Source: an uncultured bacterium
GTDB lineage: Bacteria; Cyanobacteriota; Vampirovibrionia; Gastranaerophilales; Gastranaerophilaceae
Direction of reading: 5' to 3'
DNA length: 64,000 bases
Assembly: GCA_902761735.1 (NCBI GenBank)
Contig: CACWLL010000005.1
Coordinates: 35,639 to 99,638, forward strand
Shown here: piece by piece, positions 27,331-37,204 of the stretch
Layout: each line of letters opens with the position of its first letter
How positions within the stretch are numbered: the first letter of the stretch is position 1
Translations under genes and position numbers: made by a program
The notes under the pieces: model-generated
What the model was told of the DNA's origin: nothing
The model's input: only the letters and a program-made list of their open reading frames with translations
The model's database searches: none

Positions 27331-28396
27331 TATACCTCTCTTTTAATCTCTCTGATACTTTTGCTGTTAACATAAATGCTTTTTCTGCGAGTTTTTCACT
27401 TAAACTTCCGGTTCCACAAGAAGTAGATATAAGTGAATTATCTATTATAAGTTTCTCATCAATACCCTTATTAGTCAAATATTTTACGGCACTATAAAAA
27501 TGCTGTTCAATATTATCCTCATCAGACGCTATAAGTGCATCTGAATCAAGCGTTGGAACAATCCCCCAAACAATTTTACCGTTATTTTGAAGAAAATCTT
27601 TTACAATATCAGAATATACACTCAAATTCTGAGAATATCCAAAGGCATCTAAATTTATCATATTAATACCGCTCTTTATAGGAATACTCCAATCACACTT
27701 CCCGCAACAGTGGACAGCACTATATGCCCCCCAAGATTTTATAATTTCGGAAACTTCTTGCAGCATATTTATGACATCATCTTCTGATATAGAAACATAA
27801 GCAGAAGTTCCCAACTGAGAAATTGAAGGTTCGTCAATAAATATTATAGGCGTTATATTCGGATTTGCAGACTTCATCTTTATTACTTGCCACAAAGCTT
27901 TTAGTGTTAGTGTCTTTATTATAATATCTTTCAACGTTTCGTCATAAATAGCACACTTACCGGTTTTATCAACAAATGTTGTAGCTAAAGTAAACGGCCC
28001 GACGATTTGCCCTTTTGCATATTTTACATTGCTCTCCTCAATATAATTAATCAACAATGGAAATGCACAGGAATACTTCTCGGAAATAGCATATTTATTG
28101 ATTATCGAATTACTAATATCTTCTCCAGAAACAACCGCTTCATAATCCAAAAAGAACTGTTCCAAATCCTCATAAAACATCTCATAATCAACATCCAAAT
28201 ATGATTTATCCGCAAAAAATGAGGGCATACCCTCCGTATACTGGAGAATCATGTCCTCATTTTTAGATATTTTTACCATCTGCGGCCAGAAAGGAATTTT
28301 TGAATAACACTCTCTAACCTTAGAAAAAGCTTGTACAAGATTTGTATGGGGCATTGAACCTATTGCTATACATTCAAGTTTTAAATCGTTCCCCAT
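27320..28396 (-). CDS. short MetE/MtaA/UroD-superfamily Zn-dependent methyltransferase-like protein, 358 aa
   Basis: H-x-C as VHCCGKCDW, and a distal Cys in TSCGTGS about 90 aa later. This spacing is typical of Zn-thiolate alkyltransferases. Confidence 0.5.
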   Translation of the reverse strand: MGNDLKLECIAIGSMPHTNLVQAFSKVRECYSKIPFWPQMVKISKNEDMILQYTEGMPSFFADKSYLDVDYEMFYEDLEQFFLDYEAVVSGEDISNSIINKYAISEKYSCAFPLLINYIEESNVKYAKGQIVGPFTLATTFVDKTGKCAIYDETLKDIIIKTLTLKALWQVIKMKSANPNITPIIFIDEPSISQLGTSAYVSISEDDVINMLQEVSEIIKSWGAYSAVHCCGKCDWSIPIKSGINMINLDAFGYSQNLSVYSDIVKDFLQNNGKIVWGIVPTLDSDALIASDEDNIEQHFYSAVKYLTNKGIDEKLIIDNSLISTSCGTGSLSEKLAEKAFMLTAKVSERLKERYNDL

Positions 28397-28407
28397 TTAG
28401 CCTCAAC

Positions 28408-28914
28408 TTATGCTTCTTCTGATGCTTTTTCTTCTTCAACTTCTTCTACTGATTCTTTCAAAATTTCTGAAGCTGAAACAGAAACAGCCAATTCACATTT
28501 AACCTTAGAAGTTAACTTAATAAGCATTTTGTATTCACCAATTTTGTTTATTGGTGCATTTAAAGAAACATTTTTCTTATCAACTTCAATACCTGATTGA
28601 GCTTTTAATTCTTCAGTTAATTTCTTGGTAGTAATAGTACCGAACAATTTTCCTGATTCGCCTGCCTTAGCAGATAATTTCAATATACCAAACTTTTCAA
28701 TCTTTTCAGCAACCGCTAAAGCTTCTTGGTGAAGTTTTTCTTGTTTTGCTTTAATTCTTGCAATATTTTGTTCTCTGTTCTTAATTGCACCTTCCGTTGC
28801 AACTTCTGCAGCATTCTGCGGAATCAAGAAGTTTCTTGCATAACCGTCTTTTACGTTTACCATATCGCCGGCTTCACCGAGATTTTGAACGTCTTTTTTT
28901 AATATAACTTGCAT
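28408..28914 (-). CDS. rplI: 50S ribosomal protein L9 with acidic C-terminal tail
   Basis: MQVILKKDVQNLGEAGDMVNVKDGYARNFLIP is the canonical L9 N-terminus. Confidence 0.95.
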   Translation of the reverse strand: MQVILKKDVQNLGEAGDMVNVKDGYARNFLIPQNAAEVATEGAIKNREQNIARIKAKQEKLHQEALAVAEKIEKFGILKLSAKAGESGKLFGTITTKKLTEELKAQSGIEVDKKNVSLNAPINKIGEYKMLIKLTSKVKCELAVSVSASEILKESVEEVEEEKASEEA

Positions 28915-29085
28915 AAAAATTTTCTCCTTTTCTATTTATATTCTGACTGTGAAAAAATATTACAACAAAGATAAACGTTTGTCGATAGTTTTTTTCTGAT
29001 TGTTAAGCTTTAAATACGAACATAACGACTGATTATTGACACATCAATATCAATTCAAACCTATTAAACATAACACCAATAAATT

Positions 29086-29907
29086 TTAACGCAATCCCTT
29101 TTGTTTCAATCCCAATTCCACCAACCAATTAATTATATCCTGAGGCAATTTTGATATAATCCCAGCTATTTTTGCATCAAACCCGACAGTATAAGATGCT
29201 TTTGGACAACTACAAAAAGCAATTTTTTCTATCAGTGATACAACTTTTTCAACAGGTAAGCCATTTATTCCGTTACTCTTTGCATTATTTACTAAATACA
29301 ACATTTCCTTATTATAAGCAGTATCGTTTTTTATGCTGTCTTGGTTAGCACAAATAGATTTTTCCCATAAAGGAGTAGCTATAACTCCGGGCTTTACTGA
29401 TATAACTTTTATTCTATGATTTGTTTCAATTTCCAATGAATTAAATAAAATATCTAATGCACGTTTTGAAGCACAATATGGTGCAACAAAAGGAAATACT
29501 CCAAAACTTGACATTGAACTTATATTTATAACTCTGCCTCCTGCAAGTTTATCTAAAAGTTTTTGGGTAAAACGCAAATGAGAAAATGTATTTACATTGA
29601 ACTGTTTTCTCAATTTATCCGTAGGCATATTTTCCATTGCTCCGGCGGCAACACAACCCGCAACATTTATCAACAAATCTATCTTTTCAACTTCACGTTT
29701 TATATAAATAGCAGCACCATCAATTATTGAATCACTTTCCATATCAATAAAAAAAGGTCTGACATTATTGGAGATTTTCTTTAAATCTCTCTCATAATCA
29801 GGGTTACGATAACCGGCATATACAACATTATAATTAGCAAAACATTCAACTAAGGCTCTGCCTATACCGGAGGTTGCACCGGTTATTACGACAAATTTTT
29901 TCTCCAT
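29086..29907 (-). CDS. short-chain dehydrogenase/reductase (SDR)
   Basis: TGATSGIG cofactor motif and YCASK catalytic motif. Only 9 nt downstream of pilC. Confidence 0.85.
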   Translation of the reverse strand: MEKKFVVITGATSGIGRALVECFANYNVVYAGYRNPDYERDLKKISNNVRPFFIDMESDSIIDGAAIYIKREVEKIDLLINVAGCVAAGAMENMPTDKLRKQFNVNTFSHLRFTQKLLDKLAGGRVINISSMSSFGVFPFVAPYCASKRALDILFNSLEIETNHRIKVISVKPGVIATPLWEKSICANQDSIKNDTAYNKEMLYLVNNAKSNGINGLPVEKVVSLIEKIAFCSCPKASYTVGFDAKIAGIISKLPQDIINWLVELGLKQKGLR

Positions 29908-29916
29908 AAATATCTC

Positions 29917-31140
29917 TTATTCTACGTATGAACCGAATAACGGTAAGTACAATGCCAAAGCCAATGTCAATACGATAGAACCTATTACAATCAACATCAA
30001 CGGTTCAATCATCTTTGTCATTGTATCTACGATATCATCCAACTTTTTATCAATATATCTTGTTGCCTGATACAACATTTCACCCAAACGACCGGACTGC
30101 TCACCAGTCGCAATCATAAACAAAATCATCTTTGGAACAGATTCGGTTGAGCGCAAAGCAACAGACAAGTGTTGACCTTGTTGAACCAGGGTTGTTGCTG
30201 ATTCAATTTTCTCTTTTAATGTATAATTTGTTAAAGTTAACATTGACAAATATAAACATTCAACAATAGGAACACCTGCATCGTATGCAACTTGCATTAC
30301 CGCAACAAAATTGGCAAAGTTTGAAAACTGCATCAAATCCTTCAACAACGGAACTTCAAGTGAAACCTTATCAATCCATCTGCGGCTAGGTTCCCACTTA
30401 AACAGATAATAAATAGAGTATCCGACAGAACCAAGCAATAATGGTACCAAATACCAAAATTGGCGAAGTTTTATACCTATTTTCATCAATGTATCAGTAA
30501 TCCAAGGTAACTCTTTTCCCATTTGAGAAAACATATCTTTAAATACCGGAAATACAAACATCAACATGACTAATACAATTAATACCGCCAAACAAATTAC
30601 GAATGCCGGATACATCAATGTTCCGATAACCTTACCACGAATAGCCTGCTGCTTACCCATAATTTCCAATAAACGATCTAATGTCTTTTCTAATTCACCT
30701 GAATCTTCACCGGCCTTACAAAGACCAATATAAACTTGACCGAATTGATCAGGATATTTTGCAAGAGTATCTGCAAAAGTTGACCCTGCCATAATCTGGG
30801 TTCTTAACTCTCTGGCTACCAATCTGATTTTTAATTTCGCAGCATCCTGCTCGATGAACAGTAAAGATTCAATCATCGGGATACCGGAAGAAGCTAATAT
30901 CTGCAATGTAGAAGTAAATTCAATCTTATCTGTAAGCCCCAGAGCTTTCATCTGCCCTGATTTTACATGCGCTGCAGCATCAGATTTAGCATCCCTGCCT
31001 ATTCTTTCCTCATATATTTTAGTTGGCATGAAACCAAGACGTCGAACCTCATCTTTCGCCGCACGGACATCCTCTGCCTCAACTTTACCTTTTACTATTT
31101 CTTTACCGTCTTTTAACGCTTCATAATTATATATTGCCAT
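29917..31140 (-). CDS. pilC: type IV pilus/T2SS platform protein (GspF/PilC family)
   Basis: 407 aa. Two T2SSF repeats and three TM segments. Follows the PilB ATPase. Confidence 0.9.
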   Translation of the reverse strand: MAIYNYEALKDGKEIVKGKVEAEDVRAAKDEVRRLGFMPTKIYEERIGRDAKSDAAAHVKSGQMKALGLTDKIEFTSTLQILASSGIPMIESLLFIEQDAAKLKIRLVARELRTQIMAGSTFADTLAKYPDQFGQVYIGLCKAGEDSGELEKTLDRLLEIMGKQQAIRGKVIGTLMYPAFVICLAVLIVLVMLMFVFPVFKDMFSQMGKELPWITDTLMKIGIKLRQFWYLVPLLLGSVGYSIYYLFKWEPSRRWIDKVSLEVPLLKDLMQFSNFANFVAVMQVAYDAGVPIVECLYLSMLTLTNYTLKEKIESATTLVQQGQHLSVALRSTESVPKMILFMIATGEQSGRLGEMLYQATRYIDKKLDDIVDTMTKMIEPLMLIVIGSIVLTLALALYLPLFGSYVE

Positions 31141-31148
31141 ACTAAATC

Positions 31149-33233
31149 CTATTCATTTACAATACCGAGTACACGAATAAACTCGTCTATTGTTGTCATA
31201 CCTCTTATAATATGTCCTTTGCATGATTCTGCAAGAGTTGTCATACCATTTTGGACAGCCAATTCTTCTATTTCCAAATCATGAGCACCCGTCGCAATCA
31301 ATTTTCTTATTGCTTTGTTAATTGTCATAATTTCATATATACCTAATCGACCTTTATATCCTGTAAAATTACACTTATTACAGCCTTTTGCTCTGTACAT
31401 AGGCGTCTTAATTAATTTTTCAATTTCCTCTTCATCTACAGTAATTCTTGAAACTTCTTCTCTTGTCGGGAAATATTCTTCTTTACAATCATCACACAAT
31501 CGTCTGACTAAACGTTGTGCTATTACACCTGATAAAGTTGAAGAAACCAAATAATCTTTAGCACCCATTTCCACCATACGAGTAACTGTTGCCGCAGCAG
31601 AATTTGTGTGGACCGTACTCAACACCAAGTGACCTGTTAAAGCGGCCGAAATAGCAATTTCCAAGGTTTCATAATCACGGATTTCACCAACAAGTATGAT
31701 GTCAGGGTCCTGACGAAGTATAGCTCTCATACATGATGCGAATGTGATACCTGCTTTTGCATTTATCTGAGATTGGTTAATACCCTCTAACTTAATTTCA
31801 ATCGGGTCCTCAATTGTAGTAATATTAACATCTTCATCATTTAAACTTTTTAATACTGAGTATAACGTCGTTGTTTTACCTGAACCTGTCGGGCCTGAAG
31901 TAAGGATAATTCCGTTAGGACAAGTAACCATATTTTTAATTTTTGCTATATCTTCTTCAGTACCGCCAACCAAACTTATATTTTTATCTGCAGCATTTAA
32001 AGACACAGCCGGTGCCAAAATACGAATACAAACCTTTTCTTTACCGGAAACAGGCAATGTGTTTATACGAAAGTCATAAGATTGGTTTTTATACTTTATA
32101 GAAAAAGTACCATCCTGAGGTCTTCTGTGCTCAGCAATATTCATTCTTGCCAATACCTTGAAACGAGATATTACGGAAGTTTCAACTTTAGACGGAATAT
32201 CAAGAACTTTTGATAACATACCGTCTTTTCTGTATCTTACAATATATCCTTCCAATCTCGGCTCAATATGGATATCCGAAACGTGGGTATCAATACCCGT
32301 TGTAATAATTTGATTTACAAATTTTGCGATAGAACCGCTTGATTCTTGTAATTCATTATCAACCTGTTGCCACAGAGATTCTTCAACCTGAAGAGCAGAG
32401 GTTTCATCTTCAATATCTTTAATTATTTTCTGAGTTTCTTTCTTATGCTCGGAAAAGAAAGTTTCCATACAAATTGTGAACTCATAGTGAGTCATCAATA
32501 ATTGCTTTGGATTTTGTCCCGTTAAATATATTACTTCTTTTAATACATCCGGTTTAACAGGAGAAACAACACCTATAATTAATGTTTTTCCATCAGATGA
32601 AACCGGAACAACTTTGTTATTTTTGATAAAATCCTCAGGTAGCAAACCGATATATGAGGATTGTTTTGATAACTGGTCAGCAGTTACAAAATCGTATCCT
32701 GTCTGAGCATGCAAAACCTCTTTTAACTGCTCAAGAGTAATAAACCCAAGCTTGAACAACATAGAACCTACAGGGATTTTCTGACGTTTACTTTCTGCTA
32801 ATGCCTGAAGTAATTGTACATCAGTAATATAACCCTTTTCTATAAAAAGTTCCCCTAATTTTGATTGTGGTTGATTTGCAACGTTAACACCGGAAGAAGA
32901 ACCACCACCAGTAAAAGCATCTTGAATATTTTGAGTAGCTTCATCAACGGTTTCCAATGGATTAGTAACAAAACCACCGGAAGGTTTCAAACTATCAATC
33001 AAATCTTCCAAATCCTTATCCGGAACCTGAATAAATTTTATAGGATACGAAAATTTTTGTCTTAATTTTTCATTAATAGTATCTTTATCAGATGTTGAAC
33101 CAATTGCCACAAACAAAAACTTGTCTTTTACACTGATAGGAACAAACTTATGTTGTTCCATCAGTGTTTTATCGACTTGATTTAAAATTTGCTTATTTAT
33201 ACTGTTTTTTAGTCTGTTTTGCAGTTCATTCAT
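31149..33233 (-). CDS. pilB: type IV pilus/T2SS assembly ATPase (GspE/PilB family) with extended N-terminal domains
   Basis: Walker A GPTGSGKTT, Asp/His boxes, tetracysteine CDDC...CNKC, and N-terminal T2SSE_N/MshEN-like repeats. Confidence 0.92.
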   Translation of the reverse strand: MNELQNRLKNSINKQILNQVDKTLMEQHKFVPISVKDKFLFVAIGSTSDKDTINEKLRQKFSYPIKFIQVPDKDLEDLIDSLKPSGGFVTNPLETVDEATQNIQDAFTGGGSSSGVNVANQPQSKLGELFIEKGYITDVQLLQALAESKRQKIPVGSMLFKLGFITLEQLKEVLHAQTGYDFVTADQLSKQSSYIGLLPEDFIKNNKVVPVSSDGKTLIIGVVSPVKPDVLKEVIYLTGQNPKQLLMTHYEFTICMETFFSEHKKETQKIIKDIEDETSALQVEESLWQQVDNELQESSGSIAKFVNQIITTGIDTHVSDIHIEPRLEGYIVRYRKDGMLSKVLDIPSKVETSVISRFKVLARMNIAEHRRPQDGTFSIKYKNQSYDFRINTLPVSGKEKVCIRILAPAVSLNAADKNISLVGGTEEDIAKIKNMVTCPNGIILTSGPTGSGKTTTLYSVLKSLNDEDVNITTIEDPIEIKLEGINQSQINAKAGITFASCMRAILRQDPDIILVGEIRDYETLEIAISAALTGHLVLSTVHTNSAAATVTRMVEMGAKDYLVSSTLSGVIAQRLVRRLCDDCKEEYFPTREEVSRITVDEEEIEKLIKTPMYRAKGCNKCNFTGYKGRLGIYEIMTINKAIRKLIATGAHDLEIEELAVQNGMTTLAESCKGHIIRGMTTIDEFIRVLGIVNE

Positions 33234-33285
33234 TTTCTTACTTGAATACTATCTTTCTAATATGTGAATATTGCTAAATTATATT

Positions 33286-35112
33286 TTATAGTGAATTCTC
33301 TACTCTGTCAGATGGCACATCCGAATCAGTAATAATTTTAGGTGTTACAAGAATTACTAATTCAGATTTCTCTTTATCTAAAGATGAACTTCTAAATAAC
33401 ATACCTAAACCAGGGATATCACCTAAGAAAGGAATCTTACTAACATTTTTTGTTTCTGTTTCTTTCATCATACCAGCTAAAATTAGAGTATCACCATCTT
33501 TTATTCTGATATTTTTCAAATCAAGATTATTCTTTCTTAACAAAGTAGCTGCAAGGTCTCTTGTATTTGTTTCAGAGTTTGTATAATATACCTTTTCTTT
33601 TTCTGCTGCAAGATCAGGTTTCATATTAAGATATAAATATCCATCCGGAGAAATAAACGGAGTAACCGAAATCTTTAACCCCATATCATCCCCGATTTCA
33701 TATGTTCTTTCAACAGTCGGAACATTTGAATAAGAACCTTGTACAATCTGCGATGTTACAGTTTTTACATAATCTTCCGTCATATCAATAACTGATTCTT
33801 GTCCGTTTGTAACAATGATTCTAGGATTGGATATTGTCCTACCCTTACCGCTCTTCAATAAAAGATTTAAAGAATACAATAATGTTGGATGAGAATTTGA
33901 AGCAATTGTATAAGTAGGACGATCACCATGTCCTAAAACACGGAACGGACTAACTTGTACACCGTCATTGCCATTGAAATTCATCTTGAAGTGTTGACTT
34001 ACAAAACTCCATTCATTACTGAATTCACGGGAACCGGTTTCATTAAGTTCAATAATTGAAAATTCTAAATATGCTTGCGGTTGACGCTTATCATTAGAAG
34101 AAATAAATTCTTTTACCATTTCAATTTGCTGAGCAGAACCGCCTATAAGATTTACTGTACCTGCTTGTGTATAATAAGCAACAGTAATACCACCTAATCC
34201 TAACGGAGTAAGCGATTTCTTTTCCTCATTCATAGATGCATCTTTTTGCGCTGCACTTGAACATGCAATAGCACCTTCACCGAGAGAAATTGTTCCTGTA
34301 TCACCTTCAGAACTGCTTTCGCTTGCAGCACCGGTTATAACACCTTCTAAAGATACTTTATCTTTATCTTGTGAAACCCCGGCACCCGGTAATAACATAT
34401 TACAAATCATTTCTGCCATTTGTTTTGGAGTTGAATGATTTACCTTGAATGAAGTTACGACCGGTTTTTTATCAAACTGTGCAACAACTTTTCTTGCAAC
34501 AGTTGCATCATTATCACTACCGAGAATAATTAATTCATTTGTAGCAGGATTAACGGAAGCTACTTCCAAACCAGCCATTCCCGGTTTTTTTATTGTATAA
34601 ATATTTTTATTCAAGAAATCTGAAATAGCACCTGCATTAACATATTTAACAGGAATTACAGACATCTCTTGCATACTAACAGTTGAATCCGTACCTGCAG
34701 GAGAAATCAATAAAGTATTATCCTGAATTGCGTACGTCAAATCTGTTGCCGTCATAACCATATTGAAAGCTGAATTTAACGGAATATTGACCAAATCCAT
34801 CGTCACTTTTTTATTTATGTCGCCTTTAAAAATTATATTTTTACCGGCTTTATCCGCAAACATCCTCAAAACTTGCCTTACATCAGAATCCCTTAAACTC
34901 AAGCTTATTGGGAGTTCTTTGTTTGTAATTCCTTCGGTAGATCCTAAAGAAACTATCGCCGGTTGGCTACCTCTAATATCCGGCATATAGTCCATACTAT
35001 ATGCTAGCATATCTCCACCCGATGCTAATGCTAATGATGAAGAAATCGGTGTTGTTAATGCAAATGATAACAACATTGTCACTGACATAATTTTTTTAAA
35101 CGTATCTTTCAT
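33286..35112 (-). CDS. pilQ: outer-membrane secretin (PilQ/GspD family)
   Basis: Signal peptide. C-terminal secretin domain ending IPFLGDIPGLGMLFRS...LVILVTPKII. Confidence 0.9.
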   Translation of the reverse strand: MKDTFKKIMSVTMLLSFALTTPISSSLALASGGDMLAYSMDYMPDIRGSQPAIVSLGSTEGITNKELPISLSLRDSDVRQVLRMFADKAGKNIIFKGDINKKVTMDLVNIPLNSAFNMVMTATDLTYAIQDNTLLISPAGTDSTVSMQEMSVIPVKYVNAGAISDFLNKNIYTIKKPGMAGLEVASVNPATNELIILGSDNDATVARKVVAQFDKKPVVTSFKVNHSTPKQMAEMICNMLLPGAGVSQDKDKVSLEGVITGAASESSSEGDTGTISLGEGAIACSSAAQKDASMNEEKKSLTPLGLGGITVAYYTQAGTVNLIGGSAQQIEMVKEFISSNDKRQPQAYLEFSIIELNETGSREFSNEWSFVSQHFKMNFNGNDGVQVSPFRVLGHGDRPTYTIASNSHPTLLYSLNLLLKSGKGRTISNPRIIVTNGQESVIDMTEDYVKTVTSQIVQGSYSNVPTVERTYEIGDDMGLKISVTPFISPDGYLYLNMKPDLAAEKEKVYYTNSETNTRDLAATLLRKNNLDLKNIRIKDGDTLILAGMMKETETKNVSKIPFLGDIPGLGMLFRSSSLDKEKSELVILVTPKIITDSDVPSDRVENSL

Positions 35113-35148
35113 TACTGCTCCTGCTTATTTTCTTTATTAATTATTACC

Positions 35149-35844
35149 TTATTTTTTATTACCGCCAAACTTGCTTTGTAAATTTGCGACGGTATTATAA
35201 TTTATACCACTTTGACCATCTATAACCAACTGTCCTACACCTGCCTTATAAACATTTGAACCAACTTGCACGGTTACAATCGATTTTCCGATAGACAATA
35301 CCTTATAACCATTTAAAACATCTCCGGATCTTACGAAATAATCCTGTCCGTTGACATTAAGAATTGCTGAAGGATTACTCTTATCATACATTATACCGGA
35401 TACTCTTGTTGATGCAGCAGTTTTTGCATTTTCATCAGCTGCCGGAGTTTCCAATGGTGGTAAAACATCATATTGCAATCGCTCTTTAGGAATAGATGCA
35501 ACACTATCTAATGCACTCTGGCTTATCATAGGTTTCTCTCCGGGTGGCATAAACGGATTTGCTCTTCCTAAATTCGCAACATTAATAGAAATCATTGCAT
35601 CTGTATCCATGTCATTCGGTGCATTAATATTTGCACTCTCGTTTGAATCATCAATGACAATTTCCGTATCCTGCTGAGGCTCTTCCACATTTTCTTCAGT
35701 TTCAGAACCTGCGGTACATCCGGAAAGATTTAAAGCTAATACAAATGCTAATGTAACAGTACAACATACCGCCCAAAAATTCTTTCTCATAATCATTCCT
35801 GTGATATTTTCCATATTCTTTTTAAAATCCATTTTCTCTCTCAC
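35149..35844 (-). CDS. lipoprotein with PilP-like C-terminal beta-domain
   Basis: Lipobox LNLSGC. C-terminal VSGIMYDKSNPSAILNVNGQDYFVRSGDVLNGYKVLSIG resembles the PilP/pilot core. First gene of the pil cluster. Confidence 0.55.
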   Translation of the reverse strand: MREKMDFKKNMENITGMIMRKNFWAVCCTVTLAFVLALNLSGCTAGSETEENVEEPQQDTEIVIDDSNESANINAPNDMDTDAMISINVANLGRANPFMPPGEKPMISQSALDSVASIPKERLQYDVLPPLETPAADENAKTAASTRVSGIMYDKSNPSAILNVNGQDYFVRSGDVLNGYKVLSIGKSIVTVQVGSNVYKAGVGQLVIDGQSGINYNTVANLQSKFGGNKK

Positions 35845-36128
35845 AATTGTTAATTTATAACTTTCGTCATTCTGATTATATTAGAATTTCTTAATTTGTA
35901 TATCAATCTTTTAGTGTATTTATTTATAAATTATTACTAAATTTCTAATACTATCATATTGCATATAATATCATATATTATAAATTTTGGCAAAAATATT
36001 ATATATATTAAGCATCATACAAGCCTATAAATACTCGAAACCCACACAATGCACAACATTTCCCGTAATCATAAAGCACTGGTGCATAAATACACAATCT
36101 TAAATTTTAAACAATATATTAAGAATTG

Positions 36129-37004
36129 TTAAATTTGCGTCGGTATCTTTTCAAAATTGTTTGTTACTGCATGAATAAAATTTAACACATCCGCGAAATA
36201 AGCTAAATCAACATTCCCATCCAATATTAAATCTGCCTTATCTCTAAACGGACGAACATATTTATCTCCGGCATTTATAAGATATTCCCAATGTTTTAGT
36301 GCATTTGCTTCGTCTTGATTACGCTCTTTACATGCTCTTGATATAAATCTTTCTTTCCTTATATCTTTATCGGTTTCAACGTATATTTTTATATCAAAAA
36401 CATCCTGAACCGTTGAATACATTGTAGCAATACCTTCTACAACATTTATTTTTCTTGAAATAATCTCTTGCGAATTAGGAATAGAAACACCTGTACCATT
36501 TGGCAGATAACTCGGTGCCATAATATCATTTCCTTTTGCCAACTCCTCCAAATCGGACTTTAAAATATCCAACTGAAAACTTGAAGGGGCATCTAAATCA
36601 TAACCGGCATCTCTAAGATTATCAAACCCGCCATATTGCGCAATCTCTTTTGATATATCATTAAAATAATTATCCGTACTTAGAACAGATACCGGCAAAT
36701 CGAATTGCTCTATATTTCTTTTAATTTCTTTGCATATTGTAGATTTTCCCGATGCAGATTCTCCGGTTATACCGATTAATAATCTCTTTGACGGATTATT
36801 TATCAATCTTTTTGAAAATCTGTTAATAAAATCCTGATTTATATTTTTAAATAACGGAGTATTACAACGTTTATCATATGACAAAATCTGACGGAATTTT
36901 GTCTGCAGGTAAAACACCAATAATTCACGACCTGATTTTGAGCTACAATCCGGCTTTAAAATTTTATCGGAAGAATTTAATTCTTTTTCGATTAGTAATT
37001 TCAT
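36129..37004 (-). CDS. uridine kinase/phosphoribulokinase-family P-loop kinase with N-terminal extension
   Basis: GITGESASGKST P-loop and Udk-like core. Confidence 0.65.
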   Translation of the reverse strand: MKLLIEKELNSSDKILKPDCSSKSGRELLVFYLQTKFRQILSYDKRCNTPLFKNINQDFINRFSKRLINNPSKRLLIGITGESASGKSTICKEIKRNIEQFDLPVSVLSTDNYFNDISKEIAQYGGFDNLRDAGYDLDAPSSFQLDILKSDLEELAKGNDIMAPSYLPNGTGVSIPNSQEIISRKINVVEGIATMYSTVQDVFDIKIYVETDKDIRKERFISRACKERNQDEANALKHWEYLINAGDKYVRPFRDKADLILDGNVDLAYFADVLNFIHAVTNNFEKIPTQI

Positions 37005-37204
37005 ACTTTCACTTTCATCACAATTAAAACAATGTGATGTTTAGAATAATACATCAGAAAAAAATTTTTTGCTATATCTTTATAGAAATATCAACTTTTT
37101 TAATAATACTTAATATTGGATTAAAAACTCGGTTATTTATAGTCATAAAAAAGAGGCTCAAATTCATTGAACCTCTTTCTCTGAGCACTTAATATTTAAA
37201 CCAT

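Noticed and set aside
30854-31126. Antisense or out-of-frame ORFs inside pilC, pilB, pilQ, the PilP-like gene, pgk, purH, the ROK kinase, nanE, the SNF2 gene and the giant gene (for example 30854..31126, 35351..35677, 39989..40372, 42313..42726, 48676..49040, 55935..56306, 57058..57477)
   Set aside because: All are nested in strongly supported genes on the other strand or in another frame. Several simply mirror low-complexity coding sequence.
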